Below are positions 50,189 to 63,873 of a stretch of DNA of 64,000 bases, piece after piece. The stretch is from Octopus vulgaris (lineage: Eukaryota): contig OX597823.1 of NCBI GenBank assembly GCA_951406725.2, forward strand, positions 19,406,001 to 19,470,000. Direction: 5' to 3'. The notes beneath the pieces were generated by a model that saw nothing but the letters and a program-made list of their open reading frames with translations, ran no database searches and was not told where the DNA came from. How positions within the stretch are numbered: the first letter of the stretch is position 1; the number at the start of each line of letters is the position of its first letter. A program made the position numbers and the translations under genes.

Positions 50189-51590
50189 TAGAAAAATTTG
50201 TATACAGAAAAACACTTTGTAATGGAGTAAAAAATGTATTAGAGAATGACTTTACTTTGAAAAAGATTCATAAATAACTAAATAATATGCAATGATATCT
50301 CCTATACATTAGGATAAATGTTACAGTGTTACACAGATATTGTTAAAGAGAATGAGATTTACATATAATTGAATAATAATACATTTCAGTGTATACATTT
50401 CCATCAGTAATGATGGCACATGATTTAACTGGTTTGTATGTACATCACATGTGTTTACATAACTCTTTTTTTTTTTTTTTTCACAAATGTAATAGATATA
50501 ATTAAACTTATATTGTAGCTAAATGAGTATAAATATTTGAACATCAATGAAATGTTTTAAAACAGCTTTCTAGCTAGCATTGGCAACAGGATATTTGACT
50601 AAGATATGTTTAAATAAAATATATATATAAATATTTTTTTAAATATTTTAACCTTAGACAATAACAGTACATAAAGGACATTTAAATACAAATAAATACT
50701 GAGTTCATGTAAATATATATATAAATGAGTACAGTAATATATAAAAAATGCGTCCTTTTAAAGCCTAGCCAGGCTCATGGGCCTGGTTTCCTGGTTTCAA
50801 TTGTGTATGTGTTCTGCAGCTGGACGGGACGCCAGTCCATCACAGCGTTACTCATTTTTGCCAGCTGAGTGGACTGGAGTAACGTGAAATGAAGTGTTTT
50901 GCTCAAGAACACAATGCGTTGCTCGGTCCAGGAATTGAAACCACAATCTTATGATCATGATGCCTACACCCTAACCACTAAGACAAACGTCTCCACATAA
51001 TAATATATAAAGTGTGGCTAAAGTGCTTAGGATTTAGTGCTGTGTGATAGGAAGATTGCTGATGAGTGAAATTAATAGGGTTTAAATATTTCAGGATTCT
51101 AAATGTCCAATGTCTGAAAAATGACATCAAATCACGATGCTTTTTGTTTTGAAAATAGGATTTTATAAAAGTCTGTAATACAGCACTGCCATGTTTTTGT
51201 TATATTGGTTTGATTTTTTTTTTTTTTTTGGTTGATGCCAAATGCTGGCTGACTGGACCTATGTTGGTGGCACCATTCAAGCTTTATCATTTCCAGGGCC
51301 GCCTGACTGGCCCCCATGCCTGAGGCATGTAAAAAGCACCCACTACACTCTTGGAGTGGTTGGCTTTAGGGAGGGCATCCGGCTGTAGAAACATTGCCAG
51401 ATTGGATTGGAGTCTGGTGCAGCCATCTGGTTTGCTGCCTTCAGTCAAATCGTCCAACCCATGCCAGCATGGAAAGCAGACATTAAACGATAATGATGAG
51501 GATATATATATATATATACATACATATATATATATACACACATACATACACACACATATATATATATGCATACACACACATATAAGCATT

Positions 51591-51640
<50 letters not shown>

Positions 51641-54400
51641 CACACACATATATTTATTCGTTTATTTCTTTCAGGCATTTGAATGTGGCCATGCTGGAGC
51701 ACTGCCTCTAGTTAAACAATTCGACCCAGGACTTATTCTTTGTAAGCCTAGTACTCATCCTATTGGTCTCTTTTGCCGAACTGCTAAATTATAGGAACAT
51801 AAATATGCCAACACTGGCTGTCAAGTGATGGAGTAATCAAAAAATGGTTGGGTGCTAACTAAAGAACTTAATCTATTTCTTCAGTTAGTATTTTCTCCTG
51901 TGAATTTCTAAACACAACACTTTATTCCATAATGCTGTCACTAAGCAAGCTCTGACAAGATCAGTTATCAGATAATCTTGAGACCTTCTTGTTACCTGTC
52001 ACAGACTGGCATCTTATCCGGAGTTAGATTTATTTCCATCTATTCCATGGCATGAAATCAAGGTCAAACCCCTGTAAATGTTCCAACATCTTTGGAGACA
52101 TTAAGTTCAACTCGTAAGTACATCTTCCATGAGTTGTGGGTAGGAATGAGAAAGTATATATACTGGACATATAGACATCATTTTATGTCTGCTTTCTATG
52201 GTGGCAATGGTTAGGAGATCACTGCAGTTTACATTAATTCTTATACGGGGCTACTGCTCTCATACATGGGTTGAAGGACCATGTTTCTCTTATGTTTCAT
52301 TTAGCGTTGCTTCTATGGAAACCATGCCAAATCATCTGGAATGGTTTCTATGGTTGGATATCATTCCTAACACAAACTAATTTATACTATCACTCGACTA
52401 TGTCGGTCATGAATGACCATGGGTGCACCTAAGAGGTTCCCCTCCGGGGGTACAAGTCTGGGCAGAGAATTGCCTCACTGGCGAATGCACAACCTAGGGT
52501 TATTTTTATGGAAGACCAACAGTCACCCATGCATACCAGATTCCCCTCTCTACACCACTGGTGTTATCCAAGGGAAAGGCAAAGGTCGATACAGCTTGGC
52601 ACCAGTGACGTCACAACTCATTTCTACAGCTGAGTGAACTGGAGCAACATGAAATAAAGGGTCTTGCTCATGAACACAACATGCAGCCCGGTCCAGGAAT
52701 CGAACTCACAACCTCACAATTGTAAGCTCAATGCTCTAACCACTGAGCCATGCACCTTCACAATTTATATTACACTAAGTAGATATAGACATACTGCTGT
52801 TAATAGCTTGTGTGTGAGTGTGTGTATATAAATATACACGTATAGTAATTATAATGCTTAATATATATATATGTATATATAATAATTCTTTCATTCTTTT
52901 ACTCTTTTACTTGTTTTAGTCATTTGATTGTGGCCATGCTGGAGTATAGTCTTTAGTTGAATAAATTGACCCTAGGACTTATTCTTTGTAAGCCTAGTAT
53001 TTATTCTATCGGTCTCTTTTATCAAACCGCTAAGTTACAGGGTTGTAAAAACACAGACACACAAACATAACACTGTCCAATGTCCATTATAAATATATGA
53101 TGGGCTTCTTTCAATTTCTGTCTACTAAATCCATTCACTTGCCCAAGGTGCCACGCAGTGGGACTGAACTCAGAACCATGCGGCTGGTAAGCAAGCTTCT
53201 TATCATACAACCACTCCTGCACCTATAAATAATGAATAGATATTCAACAGAGAGTGTGTATATATATATCAGAACACTGTCCTATGTCAATTATAAATAT
53301 TATAGGTTATTTATATTTGTTGTGCAGCCTCTGAAGATTTCATAATGTAATCTGCTTATAAGGTTTTCCTTTATATAATATATATTATTAATGAAATACC
53401 AAGGTGGCAAGTGGCTTATTGTCTGTCCTTATGTTCTCAGTGTAAATGCTGCTTTTCATCCTTCTGGAGGTGAATGAAAAAAGTACCAGTTGAGTACTGG
53501 GCTCAAAGTAGTTGACTATCCTTTTCCCTACTAAAATTTCAGGCCTAGTGCCTATAATAAAAAGAATTGTTAATGAAATACGTGTAAGATGACATGACTA
53601 ATTTATGAACAAACTCCTGTTTTGTTTTATATATACATATATATTCACACACATACACCCACACAGTGTATATTCAACTGTCATCTTGCTATTTGGGGGT
53701 TTAACCCCACAGGGAAAAGTGGTTCTATATTGTAAATAGACTGCTTATGTTTTAATACGGATGTGATCATCATTGCACAGGGTAAATTGGTTGTATAATG
53801 AGAGTAAGATCACCTCATCTTATCATCTGCAATTTTTTTTTTTATTCACTTCTTGTATTTTTGTACATGAAAATAATTTTTACAAGTTTTAATGATTTAT
53901 TTTCTTTACAAAAACTTGAAAAATAATTTGCAACAACAAATAAATAATGACATATTTAATCTGTTTTGCAGTCATTCAATAATATACTAATTGCATATGT
54001 GTTTCAATCTCACAGGTCTTGTCAGTGCAATTTTGAATTTGACACTTACATTAGAATTATATTTATAATATAGTTACAAAATCACACACACAAACACAGG
54101 ATACAGCTTTTTTTTTTTTTTTTTTCAAAGAAGACATGATTATGTTGGATGTTAATTGCTTTTATCAAATATTTTTTCCAATTTCCCTTTTAGCTCTTTG
54201 CTTTCTTTGGAGCAATAATGCTCCCAAGTTCCCTAAAATGTTTAAAGACCTTTGGTCTCATTTTCCTGAATGAAACGATGTCAGTGGGATGATGTTGCTG
54301 CATTTTGCAATTAGGGATCTTAGGAATGATGACATGACTGATAAAACCGTCATTGTCAAATTTAAAAAAAAAAGTTAGTCCTTCCATAGTTTATTTCATA

Positions 54401-54796
54401 CTAGCAGTATTGCCGGGCATTGCTCGAGTTTGTAAGGGAAATAACTATATAAGCATTTTTAGAGATGTAAAGTATAATAGCCATCTCAATATGGCTAACC
54501 ACAAAGGGGTGGTGTTACTGTAGCTTTTTACGTTCTGAGATTTAATAATAAATTTTTAGAGAGTTACTTCGCTTATATATGCCAAAAATGCATTAAAAAT
54601 GGGAAAAATTGATGGTAAATTTATTTTAAAATCGTAGACTCATCATAGACGCGCGCTAATACCCAGAAGGGCTCGATATGAATCACGACTATAAGATACC
54701 CGGTTTTGGTTAAACTGCACCGCAAAATGTGGGAGTAGTTAGGAATCTAAATCGTAGGAGACAGACAGCACACAACCTCTCTTTTATATATAAAGA
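54401..54796 (-). mobile_element. non-autonomous Helitron
   Basis: Near-identical to 17633-18028. Confidence 0.85.
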
Positions 54797-55370
54797 TGTG
54801 CTGTATTGATTTTTTTCTTTGTATTTTGCTATCAATAAAAAGTCCATGATTAATCAAGATTTTTGAGAAATTCTATATACTGAAGCTAAAAAAAGATTTT
54901 GAGACATTATGGGAATAAGGACAATTTTCACTCCAAACTAAACAAATATGCCAACATTTAAGGAAATGTGAAAAATATATTTAATATAAAATTGAAATTT
55001 GAGCAAAGTAATGTCATATATACATATATATGGATACAGGCTAATGTAAACAAACAACAGAAAGGAAGTACTCCTTATTAGTTGTAATATGGCATATAAA
55101 TTAGTTGAAGCTGAAATTCTGCCAATTATCCTCTGAGTTTCTCATTGCAAGAAATTTGGACAAGCAATATTTGAGGTTTTAGCTTCCAATAAATTATTTG
55201 TGTCTATCTAGCTAATCCTTTTCTCTCTATGTATGTATATGTGTGTATATACACATTATTAGTTACATATACTTAATGTAGATGCATGTATTTTCTGGTG
55301 GCTGCAATGGCATGGTGGAATATATACACACTCAAGCGCTGGGTATTAAAACACCTCAGTCATGGACATG

Positions 55371-55407
<37 letters not shown>

Positions 55408-55716
55408 CACTGTGACCAACCAGGCTATCAGATGTTGCTACACATCGCTGGTCACAATGCACTTTGCATTGTTTTAGCCTTCAAATGACGCCACCCTGCT
55501 GGCTAAGCAAGCAGGCCAACAGACGAAAGAGAGAGAGAAAATTGCGGTGAAAGAGTACAGCAGGTATCGCCACCACCCCCTGCTGGAGCCTCGTGGAGCT
55601 TTAGGTGTTTTCACTCAATAAACATTCACAACGCTCGGTCTGGGAATCAAAACCGCGGTCCTACGACCGCGAGTCCGCTGCCCCAAACCACTGGGCCATT
55701 GCGCCTCCATATATAT

Positions 55717-55758
<42 letters not shown>

Positions 55759-55782
55759 CAAAGACACACACATACATATACA

Positions 55783-55998
55783 TGAGGGGACGCTGCAAAG
55801 TTCCCAGATTTATGGAAGGCAGAAAGCCTGATTTGAGGCCCTACCCTCCGAGTTCTGTTGCAGGGCTTGGTAAAACTGAAGAACTGTTGCAACAAATAAG
55901 TAAATCTGAGAGGGGAATATGTTGAATAAAATCATAATCAACTGATCCTCTTGTATTTTCTTTTACCCAAAACCAGGAACTTTTCAGCGCCCCGTTGT
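55783..55998. mobile_element. mariner-like MITE, uninterrupted copy
   Basis: Homologous to 12534-13156 without the Helitron. Confidence 0.6.
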
Positions 55999-56365
55999 AT
56001 ATATCATCATTTAATGTCTGTTTCCCATGCCAGCATGGGTTGAATGGTTTGTTTGAGCAGAGCTGGCAAGCAGGAGAGCCGCACCAAGTTCCAGTCTGAT
56101 CTGGCTTGATTTCCATGGTTGGATGCCGTTCCTAATGCCAACCACTTTACAATGTGTGCTGGATGCTTTTTACATGAACCAGCATTGGTGCAGTTTATGT
56201 GGGACCGGCATGTGTGCTTCTTGAATGGACTGGAATGGATGGCTTTTATAAAGGCATAAAAGAACAGAGATTCATACATTTTTAGCCTTACACGCATTTC
56301 AGATATATTGGTACTGCATAATTCTGCAGTTTATTAATTGGTTCATATTTAATAAACCATATGTA

Positions 56366-56431
<66 letters not shown>

Positions 56432-56435
<4 letters not shown>

Positions 56436-56852
56436 TTTGATCACTTTGACCGACCAGCCCGTCAGGCGTCCATTTGACACCGCTGGTCACAGCACGCTGT
56501 CCACTCCTCTCTGGATCGCGCCTTTCTCATCCACGTGATCCCAATCGTCCTCTTGAAATTGTCACTCCACCGTCGTGGAGGTCTTCCGGGTGGTCTTTTC
56601 CGCTCACGCGGGTACCACTCGACAACTGCGTGCGTCCACTGATTATCGGTAAGCCGGGCGACGTGTCCAGCCCATCTGTACTTGCTGCGAGTATACTCTG
56701 CGATGACATCTCTCATGCCGGACTTCTTTCTGATGATGTTGCTATTTATGTGCTCTCTCAACAAGATACCAAGCATTGACCTTTCCATGGCTCTTTGAGC
56801 CGTTATCAGTCTTTGCTCTTCTCTCTTTGTGGTAGCCCATGTTTCACTACCA
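56432..56852 (-). mobile_element. 5'-truncated RTE-clade LINE 3' end
   Basis: Translates GSETWATTK...MERSMLGI...RWAGHVARL...EWYPRERKRPPGRPPRRW; (GATCAAAGT)n tail; flanked by (TA)n on both sides. Confidence 0.9.
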
Positions 56853-57076
56853 TATATATATATTATCTGTGTGTCTATCTAGCTAATCCTTTTCTCTCTA
56901 TGTATGTTACGTTCCCAAACCCAAAATCCACAAAGTAGAATCAGTAGTGCACTGTATATATATTTTTCAATTTGTCTATATTTATTTTATTATAAAAGCA
57001 AAACAACACCACGGAGGAATCAATGTAATCTTAAATAACAAACTGCGACATGGTGAACCGCGATATGGTGAGGGAT

Positions 57077-57144
<68 letters not shown>

Positions 57145-57340
57145 ACACTGTTGTGTCTGGGGAGAGTCATTCTCTTTTAGTGCCTTATTATATATATATA
57201 TATTGATTGAGAAGATTGAAAAGATACATTTTTATACTTATTCCATTTAAATGGAATAAGTATAAAAGTATATAAGTATAAAATGGAATAAGTATAAAAA
57301 TGAATCTTTTCAATTTAACTCAAATTCTATATTTTTCTAC

Positions 57341-57427
57341 GCAGCTGAAGATTGCTCTACATTTTAAAACTGATGTAATACTTGCATTGTTCAAATTAAA
57401 TGGAGTTGCATGAAACGATCGTACTGC
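57341..57427 (+). ncRNA. minimal type I hammerhead ribozyme motif with extended stem II
   Basis: gcag-CTGAAGA-(imperfect ~60 nt stem II)-GAAAC-gatc-GTA-ctgc. Stem I gcag/ctgc, palindromic loop GATC. Confidence 0.72.
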
Positions 57428-57459
57428 ATTACCTTTGGATATCCTTGTTGCTTATTTTG

Positions 57460-57498
<39 letters not shown>

Positions 57499-57766
57499 TA
57501 TATATATATATTCAATAAGAGGTTAAATTAGCCCCCATTGAGGGACGGTATCATCCAATGAATTACTGGTTCAATACCTGGTATTTGTTGTGAATAATAA
57601 TATTGATAAAACAATAGGTTTTTTAAATCATAGTCATTCAAAAGAAAGTAAGAAAACGGAGATAATAAATTTTTTATTAAATGCTATATCTCCATTTTCT
57701 TACTTTCTTTTGAATGACTATAAACAATGATATGTATATGTCTGTGTGTATATATATATATATGTA

Positions 57767-58263
57767 CCGTAAATCCTTGAGTATAATATGCAGGGGATTT
57801 TTAGGGGGTTGTACCCATGGAAAACCTAAACCTTGCGTACGATACGCACCCCTTCTCTAACTTGAGTCAAGGAGGTCCATATAACGTCCTTGGTTTGTAA
57901 AAATGTATATGGTAACGTCCTTTATTATTATTGTATATACATAACACAATGCAAACGTGTAGCGTTTTTGTGCATTTTGTTTGCAGAAAATAAAGAAATA
58001 ACAGTAATAACGTTTAATAAATGTTGCTTATTGCAGGTTATGGATGATACTTTTATGACTTCATTGCTTTCAGGCTTAGCTTAAGGTATTTTCGCTCCCG
58101 ACATCACAAAATGCATCTGAATAAACATTGCCAGACAGCAAATAGAGACGCAGACATTGCTTAGAAAATAATTTTCATTTTTAACCTCGTATATAGTATG
58201 CACTAGAGATTTTGACTTTTAAATTTTGGGGGGAAAATGCAGATTATACTCGAAGATTTACGG
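57767..58263. mobile_element. Tc1/pogo-like non-autonomous DNA transposon
   Basis: TA-CCGTAAATCCTTGAGTATAAT ... ATTATACTCGAAGATTTACGG-TA termini. Confidence 0.8.
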
Positions 58264-58325
58264 TATATATATATAATGATATATATATATAATGAAGAAA
58301 TATATAAAAATGAAACAAGGCTTAC

Positions 58326-58577
58326 CAACAGAAAATTTCTCTTCAAACGCACTCGTTTTTGGTGAGAAGTTAAGATTCAAGGTAAAATCCCCAGTAGTAT
58401 AAAGCATGGGGGTGACACAGCTTGCTATGAGAATGTCTTTGACCATACATGGGAATGTAATATTGAGTTCCTTAAATACTGCAGTGAATGATTCAACTTG
58501 TGGAAAGCAAAGTCCATAAAGAGTTAAGGGCTGGCCACCGAGCATATGTCCGAATCTTGGGGTTACTGATAATTTTT
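58326..58577 (-). CDS. SUSD2/MUC4/mesh-like protein, IPT/TIG-domain exon (first exon visible in window)
   Basis: Acceptor ttttcag at 58578 and donor G|gtaagc at 58325; 252 nt, phase 1-1. Translates KLSVTPRFGHMLGGQPLTLYGLCF...CVTPMLYTTG...EEKFSV, the IPT pattern seen in SUSD2/mesh. Its terminal G joins TA of the 24091 exon to give Val in frame. Confidence 0.85.
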
Positions 58578-58661
58578 CTGAAAAGTAAATAAATAATCAA
58601 TAGACATGCGTGGAGAGAGAAAGAGAGATACATAGACAGAAAGAAAGGTTAGATGGATGGA

Positions 58662-58702
<41 letters not shown>

Positions 58703-58899
58703 CTCTCTCTTCGGAGAGGCACTGAGCAGCTATATGCACACATACACACACGGCAGTAACTTCCACCTACCGAATTCAATCACAAAGCTCCGGTCGGCTC
58801 GGGGCTATAGTAGAAGACACCTACAAAAAGTGCCACGCAGTGGGACTGAACCCGAAACCATGTAGCTAGGAAGCAAGCTCCCTAACCACACAGATATAT

Positions 58900-59277
58900 A
58901 CTCTTTTACTTGTTTCAGTCATTTGACTGCAGCCATGCTGGAGCACTACCTTTAGTCGAGCAAATCGACCCCAGGACTTATTCTTTGTAAGCCCAGTACT
59001 TATTCTATCGGTCTCTTTTGCCGAACCGCTAAGTGACGGGAATGTAAACACACCAGTATCGGTTGTCAAGCAATACTAGGGGGACAAACACACAAACACA
59101 TACACATATATATATACATATATATGACAGGCTTCTTTCAGTTTCCATCTACCAAATCCACTCACAAGGCATTGGTCGGCCCACGGCTATAGTAGAAGAC
59201 ACTTGCCCAAGGTGCCACGTAGTGGGACTGAACCCGGAACCATGTGGTTGGTTAGCAAGCTACTTACCACACAGCCA
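58900..59277 (-). mobile_element. SINE family A
   Basis: Near full-length reverse copy. Confidence 0.9.
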
Positions 59278-59760
59278 ATCCTATTTGATGAAATTTTATC
59301 TAACAATATGAAAACCCAAATCAGCGCTGCCTTACTGGCACATGAAAAACATTTGAGTGAGGTCATTGCCAGTGCCATTGGACTGGCTCCTGTGCAGATG
59401 GCATGTAAAAAACACCACTTGAGCGTGGCTGTTGCCAGTACCGCTGGACTGTCCCTCGTGCCGGTGGCATGTAAAAGCACCCACTACACTCTCGGAGTGG
59501 TTGGCATTAGGAAGGGCATCCAGCTGTAGAAACCCTGCGAGATCAGATTGGAGCCTGAGGTGGCCATCTGGTTCGCCAGTCCTCAGTTAAATCGTCCAAC
59601 CCATGCTAGCATGGAAAGAGGACATTAAACGATGATGATGATGAAGTATATATTCTACACGTTTTGAAGAATGATACATTAAGGAGCTTCTTTTTATGAG
59701 TATTATCAGATTACTTGAATCTATATAATGTGACACACACACATACATATATATATATAC

Positions 59761-59803
<43 letters not shown>

Positions 59804-59806
<3 letters not shown>

Positions 59807-60095
59807 AGGCGCAATGGCTTAGTGGTTAGGGCAGCGGACTCGCGGTCGTAGGATCGCGGTTTCGATTCCCAGACCGGGCGTTGTGAGTGTTTATTGAGCG
59901 AAAACACCTAAAAGCTCCACGATGCTCCGGCAGGGGGTGGTGATCCCTGCTGTACTCTTTCACCACTCTTTCTCTCACTCTTCTGTTGGCCTGCTCGCTT
60001 AGCCGGCGGGGTGGCATCATTCGAAGGCTAAAACAATGCGAAGCGCATTGTGACCAGCGATGTGTAAAACATCTGATGGTCTGGTCGGTCATGTG
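59804..60095 (+). mobile_element. tRNA-derived SINE family D (representative copy)
   Basis: GGAGGCGCAATGGCTTAGTGG...GGTTTCGATTCCC A/B boxes. Other copies at 19688-19972, 26370-26750 (different tail) and 55410-55708. Confidence 0.88.
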
Positions 60096-61797
60096 ATATA
60101 TATATATCCTTTTATCAGTTGTTGACTGAAGCTCAACAGTTTTGGGAACTTGAACAAAAATACAGAGACGAAGCATGGAGTAATGAGTTTATAGAATCAC
60201 AGGACAAGAAAGAACAAGAACATATATAAAAATATAAAAACACACAAAAAAAAATTATATACAATAATTAAGAACATTCAACCCAATTTTTAAAAAAAAA
60301 TGTTGTATGAAACAGAAAAAAAAGCTGTCTTTTTGAGATCTGTTTATCCAACATTTTCCTTTCTAAAATGGCAGATGTGATGAGAGAGGGAGGTTTGGCT
60401 GTTATTTTTAGCAGGTTAAGTGATTACATAGAGGGCTTCTAAGTACTCTGTAGTTGTGTCTACGGTTGACAAACTAAATTGAACAAGCAAAAACTGGATG
60501 TGTTTTTTTTTTTTTTTGGTGGTGGCGGTGGCGGTGGTGGTGGGGGTGGGGGGGAAACAACGAACCGTTTCAAAAGCAAAACTGTTACATGTGGTGCATA
60601 ATAATTAGCGCTAAATATAGATTTGCAATTCAAATACTGATAGCAGCTCTAACACTAAATTAAAGAGTACAATTATTTTTAAAAAACTCAACCGAAAACA
60701 GTGAAATCTAAATGTTAAGTTTGAGATACAACCTACCCCCCACCTTCCACCCCCAGCAGTAGTTTTAACACAAAACCTGTTTTTTTTTGTTTTTTTGTTG
60801 TCAGCATCTTGTCTCACATTGCATTCATGCACATAATGTGATCGAGGTCAGGATTTAAACTAATTAAACTACTTGCGACTACTCCCACACCTTCAGCATA
60901 TATAAACCTTTAACCCTATTACCCATGACCCCAGTCCTCTGACATTCTTCTATAACCCTTGCTGACCTGAAATTTCTTTAATCTCCATGCCTCTCACCAT
61001 TTCTTACTTCAGACTCACTCTAAACCTCGTATTAAAATTTGGATTTAAATACTTAAATATTTGAACGGCATTTTAATCCAGCGGCGTCCCAGTTCACATT
61101 CTGTAAATGATTATAAAACTTTTTTTACCTTTTATATTCAGCTATAATAATAAAAGTGTCTCAGCCAATAAACTTTCACATGCTGCACGTTAAATGTCAC
61201 AGTGCCCCAGGTGGCTTGCAAGCCACAGTTTGATCACCTCTGGTTATCCAGTAAGATATATATATATATATATATATCACCATCATCATCGTTTAACATC
61301 TGCTTTCCATGCTGGCATGGGTTGGATGGTTTGACTGAAAACTGGTAAGCCAGGGGTGGGGGTTGCATGAGGTTCCAATCTGATTTGGTAAGGTTTCTAC
61401 GGCTGAATGCCCTTCCTAACACCAGCCACTCAGAGTGTAATGGGTGCTTTTTACATGCCATTGACCTGACACCAGCATCAGCCATGACTATTGTCTCACT
61501 TGGCTTGACAGGTCAACACAAAGCACGGTATATCGCCAAGGGCCTTGGTCACCTGTTACTGACTCCATGAGGCCCAATGCTTGAATGGTGCTTTTTACGT
61601 GTCACCGGCATGGGTGCCAGTCAAACGGCAATGGCATCAGCCACAACTAGGATTTCACTCAGTTCATTACACAAACACACATTTAAGTATATAATTATAT
61701 TTTTATAATTATATACTTAAAAATTTTAACGATATGGTCATTTTTTATATGCTAGTCAGCTAGTCACTGATATAATCATTTTAATATTATATTCCCA

Positions 61798-61842
<45 letters not shown>

Positions 61843-62597
61843 AGCAAAACACCCCCCCGTCCAATGGACGGTGCTGAGTTGTTAAACATTTAAACCAAAT
61901 TTTCTCAAAACAACTTGTCCGACTGTCCCTCCCCTTTGAGAAACACTGATTTGACCTAAATTTGAGACACCAGCAAAAGAAGAAATAAAGATAGACATTT
62001 TTCAATTCCAAAGGAAAACGATTTTATTCACACAAATATGCAACTGAAGAGTTTAAAGTACCGGTAAGTACATCGCAACAGCCAAAGTACTTGCGCATAC
62101 AAATGCATGTTCCCATGGCTTTATCGATTGCATTCTCAACTGGAATTGATTTTTGTAATTTTTTCAAGACTTATACACGCCCTGATACCGTCTGTATCTA
62201 CACATCAAATTTGAGCGCAATTGGATAGAGGATGCCCGAGATCCTAGAAGACACACACACAGACAGACAGAATGGATTTTATATTATATATATATGTATG
62301 TATGTTTTTGTGTTTGTTTCACCCCTCCACAACTTGACAACCAGTGTTTATATCCCTGTAACTTTAGTATTTTAGCAAAAGGAAGCTGATATAAAAATAA
62401 TACTGGGAGTCAATTTGTTCAACTAAGCCTTTGAAGGTGGTGCTAGTATAGTTGCAATCCAATGAGTGAAACAAGTAAAAGGTAGAAGATAAAGTATATA
62501 TATCAATTGTACAGATACAGGTCAGGTTCGATCAAGCAAACCTAAGATGGTGGGGTAAAATCTGACAGAAAAAAAATATATATATATATATATATAT

Positions 62598-62993
62598 ATT
62601 CTTTTACTTGTTTCAGTCAGTTGACAGTGGCCATGCTGGAGCACTGCCTTTAGTCGAGCAAATCGGCTCCAGGACTTATTCTTTGTAAGCCTAGTACTTA
62701 TTCTATTGATCTCTTTTGCAGAACTGCTAAGTTACGGGAATGTAAACACACCAGCATCAGTTGTCAAGTGACGTTGGGGGGACAAACACAGACACACAAA
62801 CACATACACACACACATATATATATATACACGACAGGCTTCTTTCAGTTTCCGTCTACCAAATCCACTCACAAGGCTTTGGTTGGTCCAAGGCTATAGTA
62901 GAAAACACTTGCCCAAGGTGCCACGCAGTGGAACTGAACCCGGAACCATGTGATTCGTAAGCAAGCTACTTAACACACAGCCATTCCTACACC
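62598..62993 (-). mobile_element. SINE family A
   Basis: Full-length reverse copy. Confidence 0.9.
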
Positions 62994-63508
62994 TATATAT
63001 TTATTTTATTATTAAAGCTTCAAAAACATTACAAAAAAACTGCTGCTCAGAGTTTCATGTTCCCCTTTGTGGAGCAGTTGTGATCAAAAATAGAATAAAA
63101 ATTGTGATTGTACATATAAGGTATATTTTGATACGATTCAAATTGACAGACACGCATTTGAATTTGATTGGTTAATTTCACTAATGGTATTTCAGGCGTA
63201 TTCAAATTAAGACAGTAAATATAAAAATAGAAAATAAGAATATATAGATATCGTGTTGTATAGTATCGAAGGAAACCCTAAGTTGGAAAAATATCTTGAA
63301 AAAAAAAAATCTTTTTCCAATTAAGGGGTTTCTTTGATACTATACAACACGATATCTATGTATTCTTATTTTCTATTTTTATATATCTCTTTGCATACTT
63401 CTCAAAGACTCTTAGTGAAATCAACCTATCAATTGAATCATATCAAAACATACATTATGCGTACAATCACAATTTTTATTCCAAGGAATAAAATAGATTC
63501 ACAGTTTA

Positions 63509-63873
63509 TCTATATATGTAAACGGCAAAATGTCTGCGTGTGTGTTCTTTATACAAATCCACAATTTTTCAGTTAGCGGGCTTGCACTTTCTATGGTCAT
63601 TCAAAACCGTCCAAGGGTGGTGGTCGTGCACATCTTTACATTTCCCCAGTCACTCCGCAAAGCCATTAAAAAATCAATAGAAGCGACTTTTTTGTGAATT
63701 TTCTATCCAAAACCCAATCAAAATGCCCGAAACTTGATACAGCAATTGAATGCCAGCTAGCTGTATGTGATTGGTCGGAGATTTGGACAGTAATTGCGTG
63801 TATGTGCGCACAAACGCAGCTGTATATGCATGCACTAGCACTATGACCCGGCGTTGCCAGGTCATAGTGCTAG
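63509..63873 (+). mobile_element. non-autonomous Helitron-like element
   Basis: 5' TCTATATATGTAAACGGCA resembles the start of the 12674 element; 3' hairpin and CTAG followed by T. Confidence 0.75.
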
